The notes beneath the pieces were generated by a model, which saw only the letters and a program-made list of their open reading frames with translations, searched no databases and was not told the origin of the DNA. 64,000 nucleotides of DNA from an uncultured virus (IMG/VR IMGVR_UViG_3300044623_000338) (lineage: Duplodnaviria; Heunggongvirae; Uroviricota; Caudoviricetes), in the IMG/VR virus record IMGVR_UViG_3300044623_000338, one strand, 5' to 3'. The translations under genes and the position numbers were made by a program. Positions within the stretch are counted from its first letter, which is position 1. Each line of letters begins with the position of its first letter. This document shows, piece by piece, positions 48,001 to 56,799 of the stretch.

Positions 48001-49104
48001 AAGTCTAGGAATCATGCGGCTATGCGAGACTCTGTCCCTTTCTTTGCTTCTACGTTAAATGGTATGGACACCCTTGCTAGAGCCGCAATTCCGGGGGGTT
48101 ACGGTAATTTAAACGTAAAAGATGCGGCTACTGTTAGAAAGCACTTCTATGCTAATGCGGCTATGGTAACAACAGCTTCTATATTGTACGCTCTACAGAT
48201 GGACGATGATGAGGAGTATAGGAAATCCACCGACTGGATAACTAGTTGGCTAATACCTACAGGAAATAAAGATAACCCTTTTATAAAAATACCTATCCAT
48301 TTTGAAGCGGGGTTTTTATTTAAAGTTATCCCTGAAATACTGGTGCGTGTAAGTAGGGGATCGCTTACACCTAAAGGGGGTAGGAAAGCGTTGTGGGAGG
48401 CGTTTAAGGCTCTATCGGTACCTCCAATACTCCCTCAAACAGTTAAGCCTGTAGGGGAAGTATTAATGAACCATGACCTTTATACAGGCAACCCTATTAA
48501 TAGTTTTACAGAAAGTAGACTGCCTTTAAACCAACGTACAGCACACGCAACTCCTTTAGCTGAGAAAATAGCAGGGGGGTTACCAAGCTTTTTAAATATG
48601 TCCCCTAATGATATAGAGCATTTAGGTAAAGGTTGGTTTACAGAGGCGTGGGCACTATCTGCTTTGTTGGCGGATGCCTATATCTCTAGTGTTACGGGGG
48701 TATCTGCTCCCACGAAAGAGTTAGGAGAAAAGTTCTTATGGAAAGGGGTAGTAACTGCTCCAGCTAAAGACAAAGCTCTTAGTGATTACTACGCCTTAGC
48801 TAAGTCAGCAGAACAAATTGTTAATGGTATTAGAGCTTATAAGCAAGTTGGGGATAAAGAGGAAGCTAAGGCTTTAAGGAACGAACCTGAGAATGAGAAA
48901 CTACGTAAGATGGCTCCTCTACTAGGAGCAACAGGGGAACAGATCGGAACTATGCAAGGGCGTATAGCTCGTATAAAGAATACGCCTGATACTGAAATGT
49001 CACCTGATGAAAAAGCTACACGTATACGGGTACTTCAAGAAAAGATTAATAAGCTGGCAAATCGGGCAATAAAACGAGCTGATGAAAAAGGCGTAAGCAG
49101 GTAG
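42016..49104 (+). CDS. Giant virion/ejection protein: SLT lytic transglycosylase + HEXXH segment + polyvalent-protein (LPD38-like) C-terminus
   Basis: NESRYNPNAVSPAGATGLMQLMP...AAYNYGEGN (SLT); LHEVGTHVG; C-terminal INFSKKG...VPFF...KIPIHFEAG. Confidence 0.85.
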   Translation: MANTESNPFAYNPAVSADLFGIQPATPTQALPEEDISQYMPQPQQGPASSYGEAFLKAEGQYGLPEGLLSTIGYNESRYNPNAVSPAGATGLMQLMPPTAKEYGVDALDPYASIDAAGKKMAGLVKYYNGDMAKAVAAYNYGEGNLNKAIRKAGDNWLSATPRETQLYVSNVLGGAPPPEQEGPKGEMYEIPLANGGSLHAPVGMPREQAIADARAHGIDAVGLREVPLANGGTLRVPDNMSDEEAVKRASEADPTIDFSLPKKETEGRGTKVLEDIGVGAMKGGVGLGQSFIGLADLLTPGDLGGAVEDAGLDLNKVQEYLSTQYSPQQQEAIKNLAAAHGWRAVLQAAKDNPSAVVSAIGESAGQMVGGAGIAKAGLMGLGKVLTKVPAVAPYFAAGIGEAGVGAGAQKENLRVTNPEGEATGANTQAALLTGVGTGVVGAAGAKLTTALGGIDPNILLSGNARKMALQEFGDVANTPGFFRSTLVSMIGEGVFQEAPQSAIEQMAQNYATDNPKGLLDGVEDESVKGALMGAIMGGGANTASQIAGTTEQAPPPPPPPVNPPAGEIPVPPQGEVPAPPVNPLIITPEERARVAEAAAGGPPVVAGVEEVVAGAPVVAVKEPILRGKKEKPVKPVKTEPTWVTDMLGLHKKSGVYKNIASKGLDINNPADHEAIRKITAPVIAELKRAGTITEEQSKILPNYMEAIQQGQTTPTLGETTDAQQIPSTSPINGDGSTQSQESQAAEDITQVGKGMESEGQGIEAIETGAKEEVAPALISASQTVLDKYDASIRKSKTREPSQTNIDALYNIATRLGLDIDPDMPHSGVAKQIEQAITPTAQKIGVGLQINQQGIDSVIDKAGKKDEGEVGVEGVSYIPRDEMYAEHYEHTTDKGEASIDTAGRGLYITSNNPAQTYNIKAINAQDRGEVLYLETANKGKVSVDYVKGSITFTGRNKSGVPVPLAHFNIVENNLSDLLNSKYGSKELNKILYDSLTKPSEEGALHVIDKLGFGNSTSKLFNAASTGLWRKYHPDYIDEYNKERGQSKTKNGVVDEGEVGEYEKNQLIVQGFADKKAAKEAADAKIVADDAAEVLRKNKEAEAKKLLEVQGKKAKKTKKVVDEDVEEDVEDTTKTLSDDSMYDFEDDSDIAEQMDFGDFDYSGHDYQSVAPTSELTEHTAASLSKTLSPEMKRLVASGKAVMHDTAETLPEGKHPANVQGLTTAEGVTHYVANKLTPETLENVALHEVGTHVGMENLVGSKVYKDIANQALNNVGEVFDKARASIPKDTPTHLRHHEALAYLVENAPNLPVVKKIVSAVRNFARMHLGMKLQLTEADARHLAVKALRRESKTAVRTARKEGTSYSIKPTKDAQDIGKALVGLGLVKTSDKSISGVIREAVSGFMTGDNIVKLRAGWIDDSAAISRLLKPLDMFDPKGKMRGDFVLQSIGNLSNMLRNSRGYIDTTGDGTLMSVDDPRLDLHNNIKLIDGLGYKDNRKTFFTALRVVAGKEILRIDVERRADAKLYKDFEKVLQGDIDHLTGALVDARRALAAAVTAKDAVQIKDFKSVISIITKEKVALTTRATQLKEASNKLYAKHGKKSAVDVQADIDAKIAKAEKKEALVATTTDKTKRDSLLDQVEKLRNDVDRLTKTLEVGVGTEQRVTPEDIALTEALLIEDPRLGDIMNNIFERLRKDVDLFEKAGIINSTTANDWRSNPAYIPLYKSIEDLSDDPSKYVEVLSLGAKHSWEVKSREGSKQTVNVAENLVKHSALMAGAAAQNIARQTAAMQLNAVADTLFYETKDRSDPQATKFKVNGEDVYYHIGDTLAFEAFQTMIPLQPGWMRKVAKAHANVFRKVTLTTPVYWYRQLIRDPLMANLVTQSGLITPLHALYHMGKIVARRSEGYNELQRRGITGAVDTLTDTTQLVKSIATKRGVSGWLRDFIVHVHEASDAGTRVAVYEKALKLAAKRGIVDPQQRKNFAAMQAKELINFSKKGKSRNHAAMRDSVPFFASTLNGMDTLARAAIPGGYGNLNVKDAATVRKHFYANAAMVTTASILYALQMDDDEEYRKSTDWITSWLIPTGNKDNPFIKIPIHFEAGFLFKVIPEILVRVSRGSLTPKGGRKALWEAFKALSVPPILPQTVKPVGEVLMNHDLYTGNPINSFTESRLPLNQRTAHATPLAEKIAGGLPSFLNMSPNDIEHLGKGWFTEAWALSALLADAYISSVTGVSAPTKELGEKFLWKGVVTAPAKDKALSDYYALAKSAEQIVNGIRAYKQVGDKEEAKALRNEPENEKLRKMAPLLGATGEQIGTMQGRIARIKNTPDTEMSPDEKATRIRVLQEKINKLANRAIKRADEKGVSR
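44180..44338 (+). CDS. Nested 52-aa basic protein in the +1 frame of the giant gene
   Basis: AGGAG (44166-70), then ATG: MPSKSPAQARLMAMAAHNPKKAKQLKISPKLAKEWNQKDKGSKLLKQALKKK, TAG. Confidence 0.7.
   Translation: MPSKSPAQARLMAMAAHNPKKAKQLKISPKLAKEWNQKDKGSKLLKQALKKK
44611..45193 (+). repeat. Perfect 19-bp direct repeat bracketing a 564-bp in-frame segment
   Basis: GATGAGGGTGAAGTTGGTG at 44611-44629 and 45175-45193. Confidence 0.8.
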
Positions 49105-49133
49105 AAAAGGGGGCGTAAAGCCCCCTCTCTTTT
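49105..49133. terminator. Probably bidirectional terminator between convergent arms
   Basis: AAA-AGGGGGC-GTAAA-GCCCCCT-CTCTTTT. Confidence 0.85.
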
Positions 49134-51945
49134 AGTGGATTTTAGTTGCGTCTAATACTAATGCTAATACTGCAGGGCTGTCTTGTGGAGTACCTGCAGA
49201 CATACGTATTCTAGATACATCAAGTAGTACACCTAGCTTAGATAAGTCGTCCGTCATACAGCTATAGGATATCTGCTTTTTAGCACACCAAGACTTCAAC
49301 ACAGAAGATATGATATACGCTCGTTTCACATCTGGCTCCCTCCTAATAGCTAGTGGACCACGTGGTGTCTCTATAGGTACAGTCAGCATACCCTCTATAT
49401 TAGGTGCCTTCTGGTTTATGATAAGCTGATTCTGTATATGCTCTAACATGAACGTGCCTAGAAAGGCACTTGACCTATCCAAAGAAGACTCATTACTAGC
49501 TCTTACCTTCCTGCTCAACTGCTTAACCATACGATCAAATACAGGCTTAACTGGAACCTCTATCAAGCCTAGGTCATTAGCTACTTTACCACCCCACAGA
49601 GCTGTTGCACATAGAGCTGAGTAGTATCTATCAGGTTGTTCAAGACCTGCAGTTGTATCGAAGTCTACTTGTATCATCTTTAAGTCTTCAACACAGTCAT
49701 CGTAGTTATCTAGTACATACTGCATCATAACCTCGCCAGCATGTCCGTAGTTCTCCATTAAGTCCCTAGAGAATATCTGGTCTGTCTGTTGCTTAGTCAT
49801 AGTATCACTACGTACAACCTCTACTTCAAGCACTCGTAAGAGTTCTCCTTCAGGATCAGCTTTCTCCATCTGCAAGACCTCATGCAGACTGTTGTTACCA
49901 GAGGTGATGCAAGGTAAAGACCATGTAGTGTTGTTCACTCGTTCTGAGTTAGCCGCAGCTTGTAGCCTATTCTTACCTCGCCCATTAGTAACACCAAATG
50001 CCAGATTGCTAACCTCTGTAGGGTGTAGATTAGTAAGCTCATCCATGCATAAAATCATGTTTTGAACTACGCCCATACGGTGGTACTTAGACTGCACAGT
50101 ATCATCTTTAACCAGCATAGCTAGATCAGGATGGCCCCAAACGCTGTTAGCTACTTTCTGTATAGTTGACTTACCTACCCCAGAAGAGGCATTGGTAAGA
50201 TGCACAATAGCACCACCTAAAGCAAAGAACTTAAACATAGGTGCACCTAAACTTAAGAACAAAGCAAAGGCTCTTATCTCATTACCCTCTAATGCATAGC
50301 AGTCTGCTACCTTTTTCCATTCATCTACTGTGCCTTGTTTAGAGTAGATGTGTGTTATGTTCTCCGTAGCCTCTGAAGGAGGGCTATACTTAGGAGCTGC
50401 ATTTTTTGTAAGTTCTCTTGTACCGATAACAAAAGACTTACCCCCGTCATTCCATCCAAATTGTTGTCTCACTAGTTCCGCCGCCGATGTATTTTGTAAA
50501 TGTTTAGTCCATGTCACCAAGTAGCCCATTAACCCTTTCATCTGGTATGTACTAGCGGCGACACCACGTTTTGATAACATATCCCTACATTTATCCCCTG
50601 CTGTTACCGTAGCGAGAGGTGCCACAAAATCACTAATTCCATCATGAGGTCTGATAAGTCGCATGTGGATAACTTCACCTACATCTGGGTCTGTACGTCT
50701 ACCCACTACATAGAAGTCGTTTTCATATACAAGGTTCTTATCCTCTTCTCCTTCATCAGCATCATCAAGCGGCTTCTTGATATACACACCGCCTTTAGGG
50801 CCTCTGAAATAAGGGAACGGATACTCAGGTATCTCTATATCTACCTCACCTAGATCAGGACTAACTGCCGTGATAATGTTCTCAGTAGGTGTGGCTTCCA
50901 GTATGTCCTTGCCTAGCATCAAAGGAGTTTTTATCTTACCCCTGTGTACACATGTCTCACACAGCCCTGCAGGTCCGGTGGTGTTAAAGGTGTCGCATAA
51001 GAACGGACCACTAATCCTAGATGCCTCATACTCTGTCTCTGCTGGGTCGTAGGTATCGTACTGGTTGGATATGTTATGTATGGCTGTTTCTTTGTCAGAG
51101 CAGTATTGGGCTATTGATAGTCCTGCCCTCCATAAAGGTTCGTTGTCTTCTTCATTAGGGAAATTGTATATATGTGCTAGATGAGCACATCCCTTACCTG
51201 CTAAGCTCTTCTTCATAATCCGAGAGAACTTATAAATTGTATTCCCTAGCAGTGCTCTAGTTGTGTCATTTAAACCAGAACCTGTATTGCCTCCTGATAG
51301 TTCCAGCATAGTGACAGGGGTTAACTCACCTGTATTTAGTAACGCTTTAAACAACTCTATAGGTTTGGAAGGGCTTAGCTTTAATACAGTTACATCAGCT
51401 TCCAAGCCGCCTTTAAAGTTAGTAGTATCAGGGAGTCTTAATATCCTTACAGCATCTGTAGTTAGTCCTTTGTCTTTTACTTTGAACCCCTCGGACATAA
51501 TGCGTTGTACAAGAGCTACTGCTAAGGGCTTCCAAGTGTTGTAATCAACTGCTTCTGTGAATGACCAATAGCAATGTATGCCGTACCCTGAGCTAACTAT
51601 CGTAGGTGTAGGTAGTTGTAATGCACCTGAGAAGTTCTTTAGTGCAACCAACCCATCATGCTGAGTAGGAAACTCTGTTCCTTTACCGATATCTAAATCA
51701 ATATAAAGACTTCTAAATCCTTTAGTGTTCTTGGCAAATCTACCCGATCTATCGTTGTATGATGCAGGTGAAAAGTAAGCATCCCTATTATCTAATGGTT
51801 GTTGCTCTGCCCACTGGTCTACTTCCTCAAGGGTATTTAAAAATGTCTGTTGAGCTTTACCTTTTTTGATCCCGACTACACAATACACGCCTTCAAAAGG
51901 TAGAATTTGCTTAAGGAACTCTAAACGGTTCACACATGTCTCCAA
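49132..51945 (-). CDS. Primase-helicase (N-terminal primase-like domain, DUF927-type helicase)
   Basis: YIDLD, SSGYGIHCYW, RILRLP; Cys cluster; SSGVGKST Walker A; CMDELTN. Confidence 0.85.
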   Translation of the reverse strand: METCVNRLEFLKQILPFEGVYCVVGIKKGKAQQTFLNTLEEVDQWAEQQPLDNRDAYFSPASYNDRSGRFAKNTKGFRSLYIDLDIGKGTEFPTQHDGLVALKNFSGALQLPTPTIVSSGYGIHCYWSFTEAVDYNTWKPLAVALVQRIMSEGFKVKDKGLTTDAVRILRLPDTTNFKGGLEADVTVLKLSPSKPIELFKALLNTGELTPVTMLELSGGNTGSGLNDTTRALLGNTIYKFSRIMKKSLAGKGCAHLAHIYNFPNEEDNEPLWRAGLSIAQYCSDKETAIHNISNQYDTYDPAETEYEASRISGPFLCDTFNTTGPAGLCETCVHRGKIKTPLMLGKDILEATPTENIITAVSPDLGEVDIEIPEYPFPYFRGPKGGVYIKKPLDDADEGEEDKNLVYENDFYVVGRRTDPDVGEVIHMRLIRPHDGISDFVAPLATVTAGDKCRDMLSKRGVAASTYQMKGLMGYLVTWTKHLQNTSAAELVRQQFGWNDGGKSFVIGTRELTKNAAPKYSPPSEATENITHIYSKQGTVDEWKKVADCYALEGNEIRAFALFLSLGAPMFKFFALGGAIVHLTNASSGVGKSTIQKVANSVWGHPDLAMLVKDDTVQSKYHRMGVVQNMILCMDELTNLHPTEVSNLAFGVTNGRGKNRLQAAANSERVNNTTWSLPCITSGNNSLHEVLQMEKADPEGELLRVLEVEVVRSDTMTKQQTDQIFSRDLMENYGHAGEVMMQYVLDNYDDCVEDLKMIQVDFDTTAGLEQPDRYYSALCATALWGGKVANDLGLIEVPVKPVFDRMVKQLSRKVRASNESSLDRSSAFLGTFMLEHIQNQLIINQKAPNIEGMLTVPIETPRGPLAIRREPDVKRAYIISSVLKSWCAKKQISYSCMTDDLSKLGVLLDVSRIRMSAGTPQDSPAVLALVLDATKIH

Positions 51946-52412
51946 ATTCTACGGTTTATAATCATACATATTAATTGATTACATACCCCGTATATATCAG
52001 CAAGTCTTTGATGTGTAATACCCCCTTGTAAATATGTATCTCTAATAGAAACAACGTCCTTCTCAGTTAATTTAGAATTTTTATGCGTCTCCCCTTTAGG
52101 GGCTCTTCCTTTAAGAGATTTATCACGGTTATTATCAGAGGCGTCTCCGATAAAAAAATGAGCGGGGTTTTGGCAGAGCTTATTATCACAAGTATGTAAT
52201 ACATAGTCATGGTTATTTAGGCTTCTTATACTCGGAATTAATCCTGCAATATAAGCAGCTACTCTATGAGCACTTCCTTGTTCTCTAGGAGAATTAAATT
52301 TAAACACTCCATAACCACTAGCAATAGAAGGGGACTTCCAGTTCCAGCACTCAGCCTCCTCTTTTTTATCTACTTTACGCCAGTAATTTTTTAGTTGGTT
52401 TTCTGTTAACAT
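51930..52412 (-). CDS. Free-standing HNH homing endonuclease with C-terminal HTH
   Basis: CWNW...GYG...AHRVA...VLHTCDNKLCQNPAHF...N.RDK..KGR...KLTE...LADIYGV. Confidence 0.9.
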   Translation of the reverse strand: MLTENQLKNYWRKVDKKEEAECWNWKSPSIASGYGVFKFNSPREQGSAHRVAAYIAGLIPSIRSLNNHDYVLHTCDNKLCQNPAHFFIGDASDNNRDKSLKGRAPKGETHKNSKLTEKDVVSIRDTYLQGGITHQRLADIYGVCNQLICMIINRRIWRHV

Positions 52413-52433
52413 GGCATCTACCTTTTTTACGGG

Positions 52434-52460
52434 AAAAAAAGGGGCGGATTGTACCGCCCC
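52434..52460 (-). terminator. Rho-independent terminator
   Basis: GGGGCGG-N6-CCGCCCC followed by T7 on the minus strand. Confidence 0.88.
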
Positions 52461-52480
52461 ACAAGCGTAACTAGTTTTAC

Positions 52481-53371
52481 CTAGTCAGCCCACTCCCCAA
52501 GAATCGACTCCATAGTGGTCGGTGTAGGGGTAGCAGATGCTTTCTTTTCTCGTACTATAGGTTCTGCAGTCTCAACTGCTTTAGGCTTAGGTGCTTCTTT
52601 CTTTATGAACTCTAATTCTTCAGGCTCTTCAGATCGTGCAGACTTAGCTGAAGCTGGTTGGAATGACATAGTAACTGCCATCTTAGCCTCTGGAGATTTG
52701 CCATGTGTAGTAACAGCTTCCAGCTCTTCTATCTCTAAAGCACGAACTGCTCTAAATACCATCTTAGGTGTAGCTGAATCTGTATCAAAACGCATCTCAG
52801 TTACTACATCAGTAATATTAAGACCGTTTGAACCTAACAACTTAGCGTACTGCATAAGAGGCATCTTGTTGTTCTCACCCTTACCGAATAGAGAAGTAGC
52901 GGCTAGAGATAGTTCATACAGCTCACCACTGATAGCATCGTTCTCTAACAGTACAGCCAGTCTATGTGTGTAACGACAAGCTCTACCTGATCCTTGTTTT
53001 GCAGACCCTGCGATGTTTTGTGGGCATGTTGCACAGTTTACAGATTGTGCAGACTCACTGTTCTTATCAGGTTGGTCTCCATCATTACTCCAGCAAGAAG
53101 GAGCAGTTACTACACCCTCTTGATAAGCCGCAGAATAAAACTGCCTAGATGTTTTTGGAGCTGCCGCCGCAATGATAATGTTCATTGCTCTATCTTCGTT
53201 CTTAGCAATCTCTTGACCGCCTACTACCATACGAAAGATATTACCTTTGATTGAGATACGTCTAGTGCTAGTACCACCCATAAGGGCTCTAGTAGTTTCA
53301 CTCAGCTCTACGTTTCTAAAATGTGCTGGTACTGCACCGCCATTTTTAAAGATACTCATTTCATTGCTCAT
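52481..53371 (-). CDS. Probable ssDNA-binding/annealing protein
   Basis: RRISIKG.IFR, CWS.DG..P, CATCPQN, ACRY; acidic/Trp C-terminus; located in the replication module. Confidence 0.6.
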   Translation of the reverse strand: MSNEMSIFKNGGAVPAHFRNVELSETTRALMGGTSTRRISIKGNIFRMVVGGQEIAKNEDRAMNIIIAAAAPKTSRQFYSAAYQEGVVTAPSCWSNDGDQPDKNSESAQSVNCATCPQNIAGSAKQGSGRACRYTHRLAVLLENDAISGELYELSLAATSLFGKGENNKMPLMQYAKLLGSNGLNITDVVTEMRFDTDSATPKMVFRAVRALEIEELEAVTTHGKSPEAKMAVTMSFQPASAKSARSEEPEELEFIKKEAPKPKAVETAEPIVREKKASATPTPTTMESILGEWAD

Positions 53372-53601
53372 TGTACTTCCTCGTTTGGTTGTTTTTTGGT
53401 TATGGTATTTTTTAAGCGTAAGAACTCTGCCACATTAGTAGCACTGTATACTGGCCTTTCATTGGTAACAACAGTACTACGTACACCTTTATAGTAGGTG
53501 TCGAGTGCCCCTGCCTGTCTAAGCCTACGTAGTGTCCTGCTGGAGAGACCTAGTATCTTACTAACTTCTGCTCCCGTCAAGAAAACTTCTTCCTCATCCA
53601 T
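53368..53601 (-). CDS. MerR/excisionase-type HTH protein
   Basis: FLTGAEVSKILGLSSRTLRRLRQAG...Y...V..FL. Confidence 0.75.
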   Translation of the reverse strand: MDEEEVFLTGAEVSKILGLSSRTLRRLRQAGALDTYYKGVRSTVVTNERPVYSATNVAEFLRLKNTITKKQPNEEVQ

Positions 53602-53988
53602 TTACTTTCTCCTAACTGTGATGCTATAACGACTATCTACGTTCATACCGGGTGGCATGAGAGTAGGGTTTTCTTCTAAAAAGTTTTTCATATTGGTTTG
53701 GTGTACCCTCTGTTCCATTAGGTCTAATGCATCATTATCTTTAATGAATTGTTTCATGCTCCCCCAGTCTGAAGTCCAGTACCTAGTTTTAACTGTTTTA
53801 AACACACTACCTGCAGGTGTACGTAACCCCTCGGCACCCATTTCTTTGCACATCTCTAACAAGGCTTGCGTAATAATATCTTGCTGTGCCTTGATAGCAC
53901 CTTCTTTCTCATCAAACTCTCTTTGGAGTTTTACTAGTGCATCACGCATCTTTATATAGACCGTAACTAATTGTTCTGCGTTCATCAT
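53602..53988 (-). CDS. Conserved replication-module hypothetical protein
   Basis: LV.VYIKMRD coiled coil, RT.AG, DW, PPGMN...ITVRRK. Confidence 0.75.
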   Translation of the reverse strand: MMNAEQLVTVYIKMRDALVKLQREFDEKEGAIKAQQDIITQALLEMCKEMGAEGLRTPAGSVFKTVKTRYWTSDWGSMKQFIKDNDALDLMEQRVHQTNMKNFLEENPTLMPPGMNVDSRYSITVRRK

Positions 53989-53994
53989 TGTCTC

Positions 53995-54282
53995 CTATTC
54001 TATTGGTAGGGCTAACTCAGTGTTTGGTAAAGGTACAAGCATCTCAGGTGTTGGTGTTCCACTATCATGTAAAATAAATGTAGCTGGTGCATTCGGTCCT
54101 ACTATGGCTGTCATGCCACCTACGTCCATAACCTGCGTGACCCCATTACCGCCCATATCTAATATGTTGTACCCGTTAGCTGTAGGTACGATGGCTTGCA
54201 TAGGCTGTCCCGGCGTTAGTATAAGTGCCGCCGCTATAGATATAGTTGGTGCTAATAGCATTAAAAATAATATGTTCTTCAT
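53995..54282 (-). CDS. Putative exported protein
   Basis: Signal-peptide-like MKNILFLMLLAPTISIAA; GGAG RBS. Confidence 0.6.
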   Translation of the reverse strand: MKNILFLMLLAPTISIAAALILTPGQPMQAIVPTANGYNILDMGGNGVTQVMDVGGMTAIVGPNAPATFILHDSGTPTPEMLVPLPNTELALPIE

Positions 54283-54291
54283 ATCTTTCTC

Positions 54292-54576
54292 CTAGTGTAA
54301 AGTTTTGGGTGTATCTAAATAAGCACGTATCTCTTTAGCAAGTACGCCTCGTTCATTTCTTTCACAGCTTCTAATTAAATTCTCCAGAGCTTGTACAGTT
54401 GCAGTCTTATAAAGGGTATCTAAGACATTCATAAAGTAGTCAGCATTTGGCTCATCGACTGGTACACTAAATCCTATACCTAGATCACTCTCCTGAATCT
54501 TTACAAGTACGTATAACCCCTCATCATCTTCATCACCATCTTCTTCTATTTCTAGTATTTCTAAGTCTTCGTTCAT
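54292..54576 (-). CDS. Acidic hypothetical protein
   Basis: ATGA overlap with the helicase stop. Confidence 0.65.
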   Translation of the reverse strand: MNEDLEILEIEEDGDEDDEGLYVLVKIQESDLGIGFSVPVDEPNADYFMNVLDTLYKTATVQALENLIRSCERNERGVLAKEIRAYLDTPKTLH

Positions 54577-56117
54577 TCTAATACCTCTTTAAATAAGTCT
54601 AATAGCTTCGTTTGGGAAGCCCCTTTGTTCTCCAGTACACCTAGTACCTTCTTCTCTACTGAGCTTCCTATTAAATGCACGACTGTACATCTGTTAATCT
54701 GCCCTGCTCTGTGTATACGTGCATTAGCTTGCATGTATGTTTCTAGTGATAGGGTCATACCCCACCAGATAATTGTAGCGGCTGCATGTAGAGTAACTCC
54801 ATGACTAGCAGATTGTGGTTGAATAACTAGTATGCGTGGGTCTTTGCTAGTCTGAAACTGATTGAATATCTCCGCCCTCTTACCAACACTTACCCCACCA
54901 TGTATTATGTCTACGGTATGCCCTGCATCTGTCAGAACTTTCTGCACCATCTCGATAGTATGCCTAAACATAACGAACACGATCACCTTGTGCGCTGTCT
55001 CATCAATAATACTTAGTAGCTCAGTAGATCGGTTCTTAACATCAAACTCAATAACCCCACCTGTATCTGAGTACACAGCACCTGCTGATAGTTGGAGCAA
55101 CTTGTTCAAAGCTACTGCCGCATTAGCCGCAGATATCTCCTCACCTCCTGCCATCATAAGCATCTCTTTCTTGAGTAACTTGTAGTACTTCTCTTGCTGT
55201 GCTGTTAACGGTACATCTCTGGTCTGATACACAAGTTCTGGTAAGTCTAAGCACTCTTCCTTTGTGTACCGTATGGCAGGTTGTAAGATGCTATGTACTA
55301 TCTCCTCTGCCTCTGGACGGTTCCTAAACACAAACATAGACTGCCGTATCTGTACTAAATCCCTGAATGCATTGAACGCTCTAGGCACACTCTTGGGGTT
55401 CATTATCTTAGCTAGTCCATAGGCATCTACCGGAGACTGCGCCGCAGGTGTACCTGTCAGTAACCATAACCACGTATCGTCCTTGATTAGTTTGTTTAGT
55501 ACTTTCCAACGCTTAGTAGCTACGTTCTTAAGATGTGTTGCCTCATCCACTACGATCAGATCAAAGCCTCCTGCATCTATCTCATCTTGAACAATCTCTA
55601 CACCATCGTAATTGATAATGATTATCTCAGCACTACCCTTAATAATCGCAGCTCTCTTATCACGACTACCATGTGCTATCTCTACTGATCGGTGCATGAC
55701 TGTTCTGAATAAGTCCCTACGCCAAGCGGCATCCATAATGGATAGAGGGCAGATTACTAGCATACGTCTTATCACACCTAGCTTCATTAGGTAGTCTGCC
55801 GCCCAGATAACAGAGTTGGTCTTGCCTGTGCCCATTTCAGATAGACAGAACGCCTTCTTATTTAGGGTCAAGAACTCTGCTGTTACCCGCTGGTGGTCAA
55901 AAGGTTTATACATGCCTGTCCACTTATACTGAGTACGGATAGGTGATGGCACATTAGGGAGTTTCATGTTGTTTAGTATATGCGCTTCACCTAAACCAAA
56001 ATTAACCCACACTTCTCCTTCAGCTACCAGCCTACTTCTATCAATCACTGACGTAATAGCGTCAGGGTCATCAGTTTTTATGGACAGGAGTTTGTCCTGT
56101 TTAACTTCTATTATCAT
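54573..56117 (-). CDS. SNF2/SF2 DNA helicase
   Basis: EMGTGKT, VVDEAT, LTGTP, HGVTL, QANARIHRAGQ. Confidence 0.93.
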   Translation of the reverse strand: MIIEVKQDKLLSIKTDDPDAITSVIDRSRLVAEGEVWVNFGLGEAHILNNMKLPNVPSPIRTQYKWTGMYKPFDHQRVTAEFLTLNKKAFCLSEMGTGKTNSVIWAADYLMKLGVIRRMLVICPLSIMDAAWRRDLFRTVMHRSVEIAHGSRDKRAAIIKGSAEIIIINYDGVEIVQDEIDAGGFDLIVVDEATHLKNVATKRWKVLNKLIKDDTWLWLLTGTPAAQSPVDAYGLAKIMNPKSVPRAFNAFRDLVQIRQSMFVFRNRPEAEEIVHSILQPAIRYTKEECLDLPELVYQTRDVPLTAQQEKYYKLLKKEMLMMAGGEEISAANAAVALNKLLQLSAGAVYSDTGGVIEFDVKNRSTELLSIIDETAHKVIVFVMFRHTIEMVQKVLTDAGHTVDIIHGGVSVGKRAEIFNQFQTSKDPRILVIQPQSASHGVTLHAAATIIWWGMTLSLETYMQANARIHRAGQINRCTVVHLIGSSVEKKVLGVLENKGASQTKLLDLFKEVLE

Positions 56118-56163
56118 TATTTATCCTCTACAGTCCCTTATGGGGACGAGTCAGTAAATCAAA

Positions 56164-56376
56164 TTATTCGTCTAGTATACTTAGTAATGGGTCTCTTGTC
56201 AATGGGGTCTCATGCATCCACTTGCGTAACTGATTCTTACAGTTTTTCCTTTCTTGAGACTTAACCCTTATTGCCATCTTACAAAGTGCATCTATATGAC
56301 GGTCTATTAAACTCTCTGGCAGTCCTGCATCAACTGCCATAGTCTGAACGGATTTAACCGCTACCTCTATCTTCAT
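56164..56376 (-). CDS. Hypothetical protein
   Basis: 70 aa, ATGA-coupled. Confidence 0.6.
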   Translation of the reverse strand: MKIEVAVKSVQTMAVDAGLPESLIDRHIDALCKMAIRVKSQERKNCKNQLRKWMHETPLTRDPLLSILDE

Positions 56377-56657
56377 TTCTTTTTACCTAGAGGCTCATTC
56401 TTTTTTACTGTGTGGTCTGCATTACGTGAGAAGGATCGGTTTTGTGAAGGGGTTCTTAGTCTTAAGTTAGCCGCTCCATTACCTGCTTTAGTACCTTTGA
56501 TATGGTCTATGTCCTTACCCGTTCTGTTTACACCCGCTTTGTCTGCCGCTCTCCTAGCACGTTGTCTTTCCATCCTAGCCTCATGTGCACCGGGACGGCT
56601 CTTCTCCAGCTCTATCTCACGAGCTACGTTCCTATCTGCTTTGTTTTTGTATGGCAT
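56373..56657 (-). CDS. Small HNH-like protein
   Basis: R..R.RARR...GKDIDH.KG...GN...NLR...S.NRS. Confidence 0.7.
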   Translation of the reverse strand: MPYKNKADRNVAREIELEKSRPGAHEARMERQRARRAADKAGVNRTGKDIDHIKGTKAGNGAANLRLRTPSQNRSFSRNADHTVKKNEPLGKKK

Positions 56658-56799
56658 TTTGTATGTCCCTTTGTTTTACTGCTTCGTTATGTATTATCTG
56701 TTCAATTTTCAAATCAAGTTCGATCCGCTTGTAATCCACCGAGTCAGTACGAACGTCGTAATATCTATGCGTTGCGTTACTTGTTCTACTTATCCCCAT
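56632..56799 (-). CDS. Small hypothetical protein (55 aa)
   Basis: Likely start MGISRTSN with GGAGA RBS. Confidence 0.5.
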   Translation of the reverse strand: MGISRTSNATHRYYDVRTDSVDYKRIELDLKIEQIIHNEAVKQRDIQNAIQKQSR

